This document shows positions 51,858 through 64,000 of a stretch of DNA of 64,000 nt, one piece after another. The stretch covers positions 17,670,001 to 17,734,000 of the forward strand of contig JAQFVV010000008.1 of the NCBI GenBank assembly GCA_028023455.1. Reading direction: 5' to 3'. A program made the translations under genes and the position numbers. Each line of letters opens with the position of its first letter. The first letter of the stretch is position 1. The stretch is from Epiperipatus broadwayi (taxonomy: Eukaryota > Animalia > Onychophora). The notes under the pieces were generated by a model. The model was not told the origin of the DNA. It made no database searches and saw only the letters and a program-made list of their open reading frames with translations.

Positions 51858-53251
51858 CTGATTTATTAATTCTACAATATATGTACACTATTTAAAACAA
51901 TGGATATATTTGTTTCACATAAGATCATCAAATATTCCTTTCCAAATGCCCTTTTACCCACTATGCCAACAATATAATTTATTTTTATAGCCTTCACTTC
52001 TTTATTTGTAAATAAATTGAAATGTTTATATTTATTGTGACTTAGGAATTATTATAACATTCTATAAACAAACACTGTTATTATTGATAAATAGGAAAAT
52101 TATTACATTTTAAAAATACCAATCATCAACTGTGGTCAAGTTTCAAAATACATGCAAAATTCCCACTTTCAAAATTATACACACATTTATAATCATTTTT
52201 GAATATGTGATTATTTATTATTGAGCTCATGCACCAAAATCATTATTGAGCCATGCATCTGGATGCCTTTTTGTAATGGAAAATGCACTATTCACTAAGC
52301 AATGATTGTCTAACTTAGTTTAACCTCTCAAAATAATAATAAGATCAATAAGTAAAAAATACCTGTCACATGAATAGTATCCATTACTATACCTCTACAT
52401 GCTAACATCAATATTAATAACAAATCTCAGGGATTATTCAGCATTTAAATATTGCATATGCTAATAATTTCATATTCAAGATCAATAAAAAGGGATACAT
52501 GTAGCTAGCATAACATCATGAATGTCAAAATATTTTCACCTAAATATTATTTCTCCTACTTTTATATTACAAAGACTCTTAGATAGCTATATGTATAGTT
52601 TTTCAAATATGATTAGATACAAATGAATATTTTGAGATTCTATCCAGCACATACCTTGTAGCATATAAACAGAGCTGTGAACATAGGGAAAATGAGCTCT
52701 AATGTAATTTTAACATAAATAATATTCACTTGGTAAAAGTTTATGAATAATTTTATCCAAGTTCAAGTGCACATTTTATTCCTTCCAATAGGTTTCAGGT
52801 TAATAAAATTCCTTAAGATAAACTTAATTACTATTTATTAAGTTTTAAATTTCACATATATATTAAATGGCAAAGTCTTTGTTATCCATTTCTAAAAGCT
52901 TCATTTCACAGGTGAGATAAAAAAAAATCATTAGTCACATCCATCCATTCCATGACACGGTGTATTTCTCATTTAAAACAAATGACGATATTGTTTACCA
53001 CAAATTCTTTTAAATAATCCATTAAGAAAGTAATTAAGTTGAGAATTCATCAGGTTATTACATTTCCTTCTGATTTGTATTAAAGCAAGGAATGTTGCAT
53101 CATTTTAATATTTCCACAATTTTGGTTTCTTTCATAGATCAACAAAACAAAGCCATTAAATAATATCAGAAATTTCACAAGTGAGTTTAATTAACGATTT
53201 GCATAAAATTGACAAAAACAATAAAGTATGGTCCATTAAGCATAGCAGGTG

Positions 53252-54245
53252 AATCAACCTGTAGTTTTAAATGACTGAAATCCTCAGTTATAAATTTAAA
53301 TAATTCCCAGATTAAAAAAAGATTTTCAGTTGGCAAAAAATTTTGAATTTTATCACCTCTAGCTTTTAAATACTTAATTATGTTTCTATTAATAAATCAT
53401 TGATGCTAATTCACCCTGGAAGGTGAACATCCAATGATTCCTTTCTCAGCCAGCCATTGTGGCTTCAAGCTGTGTAATAACAAATTTAAAATGACAAAAT
53501 TAAGTAGAGTCTTTCAAGCGAAATAACACTGCACTTCATTAACATTTGTTTATATAGTGCTGAGCACAAGATGGAAAAGTGACATAAATTCAAATTCCTT
53601 TTCCACTCAATTGTACTTTGTATGTGAAATTTTTATTAGGTAGGTCATGTATTTCGTGGTAAAATCAGCCATATTTATAATACAATTTATATAAAAAATT
53701 TATTCCAAATAAAATTATTATTATGACAGATACAAATATTTATGTTTATATTTATACTAAATGACAGATTATTACTCTATTTTCTTAAAATCAACAAGAT
53801 TAACATTTCTAAATTGACAGTTCTCATATTCTATATGCTTATGTGCTATCTCTATGGTTTTATATTTAATTTCTAGAGAAGCATATTATTATATCTATGC
53901 ACACCCACACAAATACATACATGACATTTAAATGCTTTGTGAAAGTAAAATTTGTTTACACATATAATTCACTGAAATTATAGTTATGTTGCAATTTATT
54001 TATTTTATTATGGGGTATACAATCATAAATTATACCTCTGTGTAATGTGAAATTGGTGATCTAAATTCTTTAATTAATGTTTTTATCTAATTTTATTTGG
54101 CTGTGATTTTTAAAATTTAGCAACATGTTTTAGCCTTGTCTTCAACTATGTTTGCCATTTTGGTAATCCTTGGCAACTCTACATTCATATTTATAAATTG
54201 AAAATTTATGTTCTCATAAAATAAATAAATTGATTCTTTTTAACA
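53252..54245. repeat. ~1.0-kb direct repeat, copy 2 (possible LTR)
   Basis: Homologous to 48512-49603. Lacks a ~40-bp segment (around GATTCCTTCCAGATGATACTACTCTTCTGG) present in copy 1. Confidence 0.85.
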
Positions 54246-54258
54246 GTATGATGTAGAT

Positions 54259-56060
54259 CAATGATGGGCAAACTTTTTAGGAGTGAGCCAAAAAAAAAGA
54301 AAAAATTTTGGCGGGCCAGTATAATTTATTATAAAATGCAATAAATACTCGATATATATATATTGAAAATTCCTTAATACAATGAATGAAGCTATGACTG
54401 AATTTCTACATAATCTGGTTCAAACTGGGATGTACTGATACTGAGAAGTTAAATGCTTATCTGTCAGCCTGTTTCTAATACACTCGAAGTTTCATTGTAG
54501 AAAATACCTGTTCACATAAATAGGATGAAGCAAACATAGCGCTAACTTTCTGGACGTGAGATATCAGATTTGGAAAACTTGATTTCAACTAAGATTTGTA
54601 GAATTCTAATTTTGGGACATTAAGAAATTGTTAGATTGCAATTCAAATAATTCAAGCTGTAAGTGCAGTCTCACTACTTTACAGTCCACATTAAAAGGCA
54701 TGCTGAAAATATCCAAGTCTTTTTCAATGATATGGAAGTCTTGACATCTTATTTCAAATTCAAGATGAGTTTTCTCAGGTCATCTTTGTAGTTCTTAAGC
54801 TTGTTGTTATTTACTGGGGCTATTGAATTTAATCTTAGGAAGTGAGACAAATCATTCTTAGCTAGCTAATTAGCAAACAGAACAAGTTGTAGTTTAAAAC
54901 TTCTGAAATGGCCCCAAATATCGTCGATAAATTAATTTTTTTCTTGCATTCAACTTGTTCATATTGCAGAGATAATATGTGAAAAATGCAATGTCTGAAA
55001 GCCATGCTGCATCTTCCAAAATTTCACACTTCATAGACTACTGTTTCTCATGTAAGAATGGCACTATTTCATCTTCCTGCTGCCAAACTCACTGGAAGAT
55101 GCATCCTAGACTTACTTTTGTGCAATATGGCACATCATAGTATTCAGATTGCATGGGTTCAAGAATGTTTCAAAACTGTCTGTAAGCCCATGAGATCAAA
55201 TATTTACAAGCATCATGATTACATCAAGCACAGGTTTCATATACAAGCATCTTGATGTATAACACAATGTAGAAAGACATTGTTCCTGGAGTATTTTTGA
55301 TTAAAGATCCCAACAAATCCAGATTTTTCCCCTGTCATACTTTGTGCTCCATCGATCATAATATTACATATATTTATTATGGGTACTTTCAAAGTTAAAA
55401 ACTCTTCCAGAAATTCATGAAAAATATCAGACCCTGTTGTTGTTCCCTTTAACAACCACATGCATGCCAATTCCTGAATAATAGAAAACTTTTCATCATT
55501 TCTTATAAATAATATTAGTTGAGTATTATCATTTATATCAGTGTTTTTGTCCATAGTATTGGAACAAAATTTAAATTGACCAATCTTTGACTCCAATTGT
55601 GATGTCAGATTAGGCAGTTTTTCGAGATAAGTTTAGTTTCAAAATCGTTTTTCTGTCAGGACAAAAAACATTACAAACTTGGAGCATACAGTGTTTAACA
55701 AACTCCCCATGAGAGAGAGAGCTTTATTACTTTTAGCAATATTGTATGCTACAATATAACCTGTATATGTAGCTGCTTTCTGAGAATTTTATTTTCTTAA
55801 AAATTTTTTGGAGATCTGATAATTTTTTGCGAAGATCTACTGCTTTTCATTTCCTTTCATATTCGGACATTGCTTTGTAATTGGAATTTTTATGCTTGGA
55901 AGTAAAATGGTAGGAAATGTATTCTTTGGAGACTGCTACAGTTTCAGATGAGACATAATGATTTATCCTTTTCAATTGTGAAAAAGTACGTCCAGGTCCA
56001 TTCATTTTTGAAAACATGATACTCTGAATCAACTTTACGTTTTTTAGTAGACATTTTGGG
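54259..56060 (-). mobile_element. Degraded hAT transposon, SPIN/GTF2IRD2-like
   Basis: ORF 55237-55596 DKNTDINDNTQLILFIR...LKGTTTGSDIF...IDGAQSMTGEKSGFVG...LHCVIHQ, plus N-terminal VFKNEWTWTYFF..CL. One terminus CAATGATGGGCAAACT (54259) resembles SPIN-type TIRs; the partner TIR was not found. Confidence 0.88.
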
Positions 56061-56399
56061 GTTGAAATATTTTACAAATACCTACAATAAAACTAACAAG
56101 CATCAACAGCAATACTACTTTTTAATAATTTCACCACTATGATACTAACATTTATGAAATTGGAATGTGCCTGTCTGTCCGCCATCTTTCCATTCAATGG
56201 TAGGTTCCCGCTTTATGCACATTCCTGTACCAACTACTATTATTTGATGTGGAACAAGTATTAGCACCTCTGTTGCCATTAATATAAACTCATAAGCAGT
56301 AAATTCAAATTCTGCTTTCAAAATCTTGTTTCTATTTTTTTTTTAATTTAAATATAAAAGCAAATAAGTATATTTTAATAATTTTATGCATATTTATTA

Positions 56400-56537
56400 G
56401 GGCTAGATCCACTTTTTGCACATGCAAAAGTTTTTAAATCAATTTCTATATAAATTCTCACAACTATATTTTGCATATGCAAAAAATATTCAAATTTCTA
56501 TGGAAATTTTCACATATGCAAAATATTGAATACGCCC
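56400..56537. mobile_element. Possible PIF/Harbinger-type MITE (138 bp)
   Basis: GGGC...GCCC termini flanked by TTA on both sides (56397-56399, 56538-56540). Internal repeated palindromes TTTGCA(C/T)ATGCAAA. The TIR match beyond 4 bp is poor. Confidence 0.35.
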
Positions 56538-57099
56538 TTAAATGAATTTTTTAAAACATTGAAATTAAAAATTTCTGTACTATTGTTTTAAAATCTGTAG
56601 TGAGCTGATATCATTTGAATTTCATAATCCAATAAATAATTCTGTCATTCTGAATATCATAATAAAAATAAAATAGTTAAATATTAATATAATAAAAATA
56701 TTGAATATTAATATAATTAAAACAGGAATCTTTTGCAAATTTTATTTTATTAACTTGAAAAGGTATGCTTTATCAATTAAAAACTAACTTTGAATGAATA
56801 TTAGTCAAATATAATATTCTATACTGAAATGGTAAATCTGATTCAGATTTGCCGTTTCACAGTCTGACCCACCTAATCATTTATTTTATTAACGTTTGCT
56901 TTTTTTTTTTTTAATTCTAAAAAACATTTTTTAAAATATTTTTTTCATTATCCTGAATAAATCCTAAAATTTATTTTGGATCACATAGATAATTGTACTA
57001 ACACACTGTTATTCTATTTATATTATTAAAAGGAAAAAAAAATTCAAATAAATAACTTTGAATTTCATATATATGTTTGTTTGTTTTTTAATCTTTTCT

Positions 57100-57288
57100 G
57101 AAAGATTTGTACCTCGATAAGAAGTTTAAAATAAATGTTTAAATTAAAAAACACTTAGAAATTACCAAAATCCATTCACAGTGGAATCTCTATTTATTAA
57201 TTAGTAGAGATTCTACATCGTTATCTAAATTAAAAAACGAACAAAATTATATTGAAAACTATTGATCCTTATCGAGGTACAAACTTTC
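57100..57288. mobile_element. MITE-like element with ~21-bp terminal inverted repeats
   Basis: GAAAGATTTGTACCTCGATAAG (57100-57121) and CTTATCGAGGTACAAACTTTC (57268-57288). Central hairpin GTGGAATCTCTA / TAGAGATTCTAC (57181-57216). Confidence 0.75.
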
Positions 57289-57319
57289 TAAAATTAGAAC
57301 AATAGCATAAATTGCCATT

Positions 57320-59890
57320 GTTTTAAAAATGCAGATCACCTGAGGCAGCAGAAAAACAGCATACCATTAGAAAGTTATAAATAGTGGTCCTTTTTAGAGA
57401 GAAAAGAGAACAGACAGAAAGAAAGTTGGAGAAGTCTCCACGCCATGATGATCGAGTAGTAAAAAGGGTAAATCACTGCCCTTTCCTTCCTGAGACTGAA
57501 AATCTTCCGTTATGCTGCTGTCTACCTGCCTTCAAAGAAGGCATCTGCCACCAACGTTCGCCCACAGAACTCATCCCGGGGAACTCCAAGGAAAATGCCG
57601 AAGAGCTTGAATACTTCCATCAATATGTTTGAAACTATTATCGTAAGAGTATAAATGTAATTTCGTAAAGCTTTTAACTGATTCTTTGACCCTTTTCTTT
57701 TAAATTATAATATTTCATTAATTCAAGCTCACCATAATTTTTAATATTTTGATTAATTGAATATGAATTTATTTATTTGTTTTATATTAATCTTAGCATG
57801 AGATTTAATGCTTTGATTTTTTTTTTTATTATTATTATTTCGACTGGCTTCACTCGCGGGGACTCAAAGAGAGTAATTTGCTAAAAGTGCAAATTGTTTA
57901 TTAGGGAAAGGGAGTTTTTGGCAAAGAATGATTTAATTTTAAAATAAAATAATTTGATCTAGTTTTTATTGTCGCAAGTGAAGTTATGTCGAATATGTAT
58001 ATATTTCTAAACAAATCTACCATAATTTTTAAATAAATTTATTATAGATTTCCCAGAATGGGATTCTATTATTTTATATTTTGGTAATTCAAAAGTAATA
58101 TGCTATAGATTTTGACCTTGTAACAGTGCCACTGGATAGTGTCAGTTAATTATCGTGCCTTTTTGGAAAGAGGGAAGGGGGTATTTATTCGAGAAATAAA
58201 TTTCCTTATTTCTATATGTATGTTTTTTTTTTTTATACGTTAAATATTTATATAAAGTAGTTGGTTACGCAGTTGGTCTCTATGCAGTATTAGATAATTT
58301 TAAGGCTATTTAATTATAATTCATTCGTATTTAATGATTATAATATCTCAGGTTAATAAAGAATGCTTGGAGTATCATGGACAGACCTAAGACGGTCATT
58401 GATTTGGTGATTCAGAGTTAGTTTCCGTTTTCGCCTACTCTGTGAATCGGATAGCGTGGTTGAGGTAGAGCTGGTTAGGAGGCATGGTAACCGTATAGGC
58501 GGACACGTTGACTCTCCGTAAGACCTATCTCCTATCAGTATATGGACACGAAATGTGGATGTATCGATTTCCCTTTTTATTCTTCGTTGGATAGGCATAC
58601 GTGTCCGTAATCCGGATCGTATGTTCCCGAGATGTTTTCTTCTCTCCTTTGCATTCGGATATTTATTAAGCCGACATTATTTTGCTTTTCTTTTGCCTAT
58701 CTAATACGCAAGCCATTGGGAAATGATTTTGCTAAAGGATCTTCGATCTCAGTAATCAACTCTTTTGTTTGTTTTCATAATTAGTTAATCTTTTGGTTTT
58801 GGCTAATTCACGTTATAATTCTTATAGGTTTGATTTTAGTTGTAAGTCCAACTAAAGTGGCTTGTTTGCTTGATAATTAACTGATCAATTTTTTTTTTTG
58901 TTATAACAGCTTACAGTTTTAATCACTGTAAAATTAGTTATAAGCTATTCCAGCAAGGTCCACTAATGTCGTCAAACATTAGTTATTTGAAATTAAATTA
59001 TTTTTATAAAGAGAAATAAAATCAATTCTTTCTTTTATATGTTAGTGGAGTAAGACGTCAAATTAGTCTTATTATAATCATTTATTTAATTAATGTCATT
59101 TCAATAGAAAATGTTTTATTTAAATCTTATTGTAATTATTTCCTTGATACCCATTTTTAAATAGAATGGTTTTTTTTTTAAAATCTTTTTTGTAAAAAAA
59201 AAGCAATAAAACAGTTATTCTTTATATACCTCAGTAAGGCAGATGTTTAGATCTACTGCTGTATTAGAAGCTTGTACTAAATGCACACGAGTAATTTAAA
59301 AATCCGTGATCATTTAATTATAAAATCGTTTTTATTTTAAAAGAATAAATGTAAACAAAAGTAAAGGTGTATAAACTTCATAAAATAAATTGTACAAACT
59401 CAATAATGTCAATGTTAACCGCTAATATAAATAAAGTCGTCGTGAACTCATATAATTATAAAGTTAATTTTAAGATTGCATTTTTTGTTTTTAGAGCTTG
59501 AGTTAAAGATTAATGTAGAATGCCTAATGATTTTTAAATATATATATAACTAAAACAAACTTCCAGTGTTCCTCGAATCATTTTATTTACTTTTATTTGA
59601 AATAATTTTTGATTTTTAAATATACCTATCAACCAATCACCCAAGTTCTCACTAAAATATATAATTAAATTGAATCTCATGCTTTAAGACCCAGCTGCTG
59701 GGACGGTGAAAGTAAAGGAATTTGATCGTATCGTCGAGAAAGGCTATTGATTATTTGACCTGGGGATATAGGTAAATAGGGAAGAATTCATGATGTACTT
59801 GATTTATATATCTTGTACATGGTCGGACTCGAGGTATTTTACCTGTATTCAGGGGTTTGTTGGATCGATGTGTGTTTTCGACCGGTACAA
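57320..59890 (+). other. CpG-containing non-coding block; possible divergent solo LTR or promoter region
   Basis: Patches with far more CG and higher GC than the flanks. TATAAAT at 57376 is followed by a purine-rich tract. Weak similarity to the minus strand of the 2.1-kb elements (ATCGTAAGA...AAGCTTT; ATCTCAGGTTA vs ATCTTAGGTTA). Confidence 0.3.
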
Positions 59891-62800
59891 TAGTTATATA
59901 GCATTTTTTTAAACAATTACTGATTATATTATTGATAGTAATTATCTCTGGTTCAGCACGAAATGCATCTTGGGGTTCATTTGTCTATTATATCTTTAAT
60001 TATATGAATTTAAAAAGAATGGAGAAGTATGGAAGTGTTGATTATATTTATAATTATCTCTTTTTCCAATCAACTATTTAGTTGAACAAACAAATAACAC
60101 AAGATGGTAGTGCAAAGAGATTCCATAGCTAATCTAGTCTATTAATCTTCTGGCATGAAACATTTCTGCACTAGCAATCAGTCTGAGAAACCCAAACCAC
60201 CAAGAGCTTTTGTCAAAATAATAGAATATACTGAAACAACATATTACTTGATTTCTCTAACTTATATATAACCTGTATGAGTCAGGCAAATCTTTCATTT
60301 GAGAATCAAATCTGTAATCAATAGACATCAGAAAATAGGCAAACACATTCCCAAGACAAATTACTACTATTTTGAAATGCTGATAAATTAAGTTTTTCTT
60401 AAATAGAATAAAATGGCTTCAGAAATCTCTTTCATAAATGTGATTACTTACAAATTCAAAGTATTAATGCAATAAAATTTGAATGGGTACATCACTTTTA
60501 AATGATATTATCCATTTTTCTCTTTCTAGAATTCTTTGATAGGTAAACATAAGATTTTTAATGTTTAGAAATTTTAGATTTCTTAACAATCATTCTTATC
60601 ATTTTTCCTTTACACAAATTTCTTTTCTTTTAATCTTTCATTTAATTAGTTATCATTCTGGAGTTTTTTTTAAAACATTGTAATAGTCAAATATTGAAAC
60701 TTGTTTAAGAAATTTTTGCAACTATGTTACTATTTATCTTTTTTTCTAAAAAAATTAGAAGAATAATGAAGAAGTCAGTAATATGATTTTGAACAAATTA
60801 TATTGTAATATTATAAATATTGGCCAATGCTGACCATGTCAAATATTCAAGCTTATAAATAAGTAAATTTAAAATGGGGAAATATTTAATTTTATATTTT
60901 TTATTATTCAATAATAATAATTATAGCTATGAGTATGACTACCAGTTAGTTGAAAACATGCTCAGCATACTATGTTGAACATTGTTATTTTAAAGTATTA
61001 AACAAGTTTTTCTTAATATATGTATTATACATATTATTTATAATAAGACTAGATTTAATTAAATATTTTCTTTACCAAATATGAATATAAGAATTCTCAA
61101 ACATTGTTTTTTTTTTTTTAAATAATGATGTGAATATTATTATAATATGGTATAAATGGTTGTTAAAGGGAAAGAAAAGTATAAGATAAAATAAACAATT
61201 TTTTTGTTTTCTCTCTTCAGTAATTTTACTTAGTTACCAGTTTAATTAAATTTTTTTTTTAAAAAAAAGAGTACTAAGAGAAATAATTGTTCCCTTCAAT
61301 AACTTATAGAAAAATACTAAAAAGTCAATTTTAATTTTTAAAAAAGAAAAGAGAAATAAATAGGAAAAAAAATTTGTAAAGTGTTTTTTTTTTTTAAAGA
61401 AAAAAAAGTTAACATTTTATTAAATTCTGTTTTGATTAATAAAAGTTGTTTTTCTTCTGGAATAAGGACAAAAAAACCACTAAAGAGGAATTTCAAAAAC
61501 TATGAAATTTTTTAATTAAAAAAAGAAAAATAACATTTTTTTTTTTTATAAAAATTGATTTAATTGGTCAATGCTTAATTTGGTCATATAGGAAACAATA
61601 TTATGATTTGTTGAAAACAGGATTGTACAAAAAAGCACCATAGGGAGAGGGTAAATTAGTAGCCCTTGGTTTCTTATGAAGAACAGGCATTCTGAATCAA
61701 GTTGTTGAAGAAGATAGTAAAAGTCTTGGTCAAACTATTGAGAGCAGTAGCAGTTATTTTTGATTCAGTTGCTGAAGGCAGAAGCAGAAGTTCAGCTGTG
61801 AAAAGTACCCAAGAAAGTAATTTGTAAAGAAAACCAACCATGTAATAAGTTTCAGCAAAAAGCTGAACATCAATCTCAATCATGTAGCCTTCATTGGAAA
61901 AAATATAAAAAAATACCCTGAAGTAATCTGTAACAAGTCTTGTCCTATACAAGAGCATGAGCGTCTCTACCTCTATGTGATAACCTGATCTGTAAAATAT
62001 TAAAATGAAAAAATGGATACATTCTTTTTGTATTAGCTTGAAAATATTCTGTTGCATATTGAGAAAAATAGACTGTGTATATTAGCCTGCAAGTAGGTGT
62101 AAATGGAAATAGCTACAAGCAGAAAAACAATATGAAAAAATTATAACTGACCAAGAAAAATAAATTCATGATAAAAAAGATACATTAATATATCCATTGT
62201 ATTTAAATTATAGATGAGTTTTAAATTAAGTAACAATAGGTAATAATTAATTTTATTCATATTTTTTAAATTGCAACATGTTTTTTTAATATTATTTTTC
62301 TTCCAAAATTATAAGGGTTTTAACTAATTTAAAATTTTATCATTGTTAAGTAATTTTCTTTTTATAAATACTGAATAATTTTTATTAATGTAACATTTTC
62401 TTTTCAAATTTTTTTATTCATTTGATTTTCTCTTCAAAATTATAAAAGTTTTAAACTAATTTAAAATTTGCCTATCTCTTATTGTTAAAACTTGCTTTCC
62501 AACTTTAATTGTAAAAAGAAAATAATGTAATGAAAGTAAAAGGTAATTAATTTAATAAATAAAAATCAACTGGTTTATCTTTTTTTATATAAAATTGTAT
62601 TTTTTGATAAAAATGTATAAGTTTGAATTATCATATTATTTTTAATTTTCTTAATTTTTTTATTATTAATTATTAATCAGTTAGTTTCCTCCAACTATCT
62701 GTTCTATGAATTGGCAGTATGTGTGTCTTGATTTCATAATAGTATAGTATTTTAGAAATTTTTAAATTATCCCAGTAAAGCTATTCAATTATAGTAATCT

Positions 62801-64000
62801 TATAAATTTTTATCCTTCTCTTGTTCACAATCACAGTTCTTATAATCTTATGATCTTGAGTTAGCTTTAAATAACAATAATGGTTAGTGATATGGATGTA
62901 GGGAATTATGTTTGTGTTTGGACATCCAGGGAGTTTTCTCTGAATGGCACAAAAGTATCACCTGTGAGTTCATTCACAGCATTTTACTTTTTTTTGTTAG
63001 AGAAATTAATTAGTTGGACTGTACACTCATGGTATCATATGCCCAAAGCATTGACAATGATCAGCATGTATCAGTATTCCAGAATTATTTTGTTACAAAT
63101 GATATAATAGCACTTAAGTATGTGCATCCAAATGATTGTATATTTTGCCTTAAGTTTGGCAGGGACTAGATGATTAACCTGTTTATAAGGTATCTCTTAA
63201 ATCCAGGCATAAGAGTTGACTGTAGATTGATAAGTTAATTGCTGGTGATATTATTATAGCCTATTAGTATTATTAGTATACTTTTTTTTTATTGGTGCTC
63301 TAATTTCATGCTCCTTCTTCATAATCCTTATATATTTATTCCTTTGCTATTTGGCAATGTTATATATTTATTCATTAAGTATCTTGTTTTTGATTATTTT
63401 ATGGGGATGATGTTGTTATATTATCACTCCATATGTTACCCTTACATTCCATACCATTACAATATATATAAAAAAGCAATTTCATTGTTTTAAAATTTCA
63501 ATAATTTTAACTTTTCATTAAGTAAATAATAAAATCAATCTTTTGGAAATGATTTATTTCATAATTTTGAATTATAATTCATTGCAAAAACAAATTAAAA
63601 AAAAAATCTATAATCATTCTCTAAAATGATAGTATATAAATTTTATTGTAAAAATAAAAAATGATAATATTGATGAAAAATACACAAACTATGACAAGCA
63701 TGATAATTTAATAACTTTAAAATATAAACCATTAAAAAAAATAATAGTAATAATTTATATTAAAAAAACAAAACAAAATAATTACATAAGAATTCATTAC
63801 AATTTTTTTTATTTTTTTTAGGAAAGCTGCAATTCTAATGGTAATTGGCATTATTTATAATAATGCAAAACCTTTTTCTGATAGTTATTTTTATTAAAAA
63901 TAAACTTTCATTTAAAAATTTATTTACAAATTAATATTGAAGTTTATAATATATATATATTATAATATATATATATGTACCTGCACATGCAATACACTCA

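Noticed and set aside
1-64000. Most short ORFs in the supplied track (60-90 aa, rich in F/I/L/Y/K/N)
   Set aside because: Their composition is what AT-rich non-coding DNA or the antisense of TE relics produces, and they show no recognisable domains. ORFs 2849-3046, 7011-7208 and 30242-30436 merely overlap GLRX3 exons.

Overview
AT-rich eukaryotic (animal, probably arthropod-like) genomic DNA. I found no bacterial operons, rRNA, tRNA or CRISPR. The only host gene I can identify is the 3' part of glutaredoxin-3 (GLRX3/PICOT, + strand). Its last four coding exons (2889-3033, 7052-7162, 30280-30412, 33050-33094) join in frame across GT-AG introns of about 4.0, 23.1 and 2.6 kb. Almost everything else is transposon debris: two ~2.1-kb solo-LTR-like elements with ATAT target duplications, Gypsy pol and gag relics, a fairly intact L1/Tx1-type RT, several RTE-like LINE relics, Penelope-like RT relics, two GTF2IRD2/SPIN-type hAT transposases, MITEs and tandem repeats. 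The most striking item is a 952-bp insertion (44119-45070) flanked by a 14-15-bp direct repeat. It consists of an inverted segment plus about two tandem ~400-bp units, each carrying a minimal type I hammerhead-ribozyme-like motif, as expected for a retrozyme or Penelope pseudo-LTR. All alignments and translations were done by eye, so boundaries of degraded elements are approximate.
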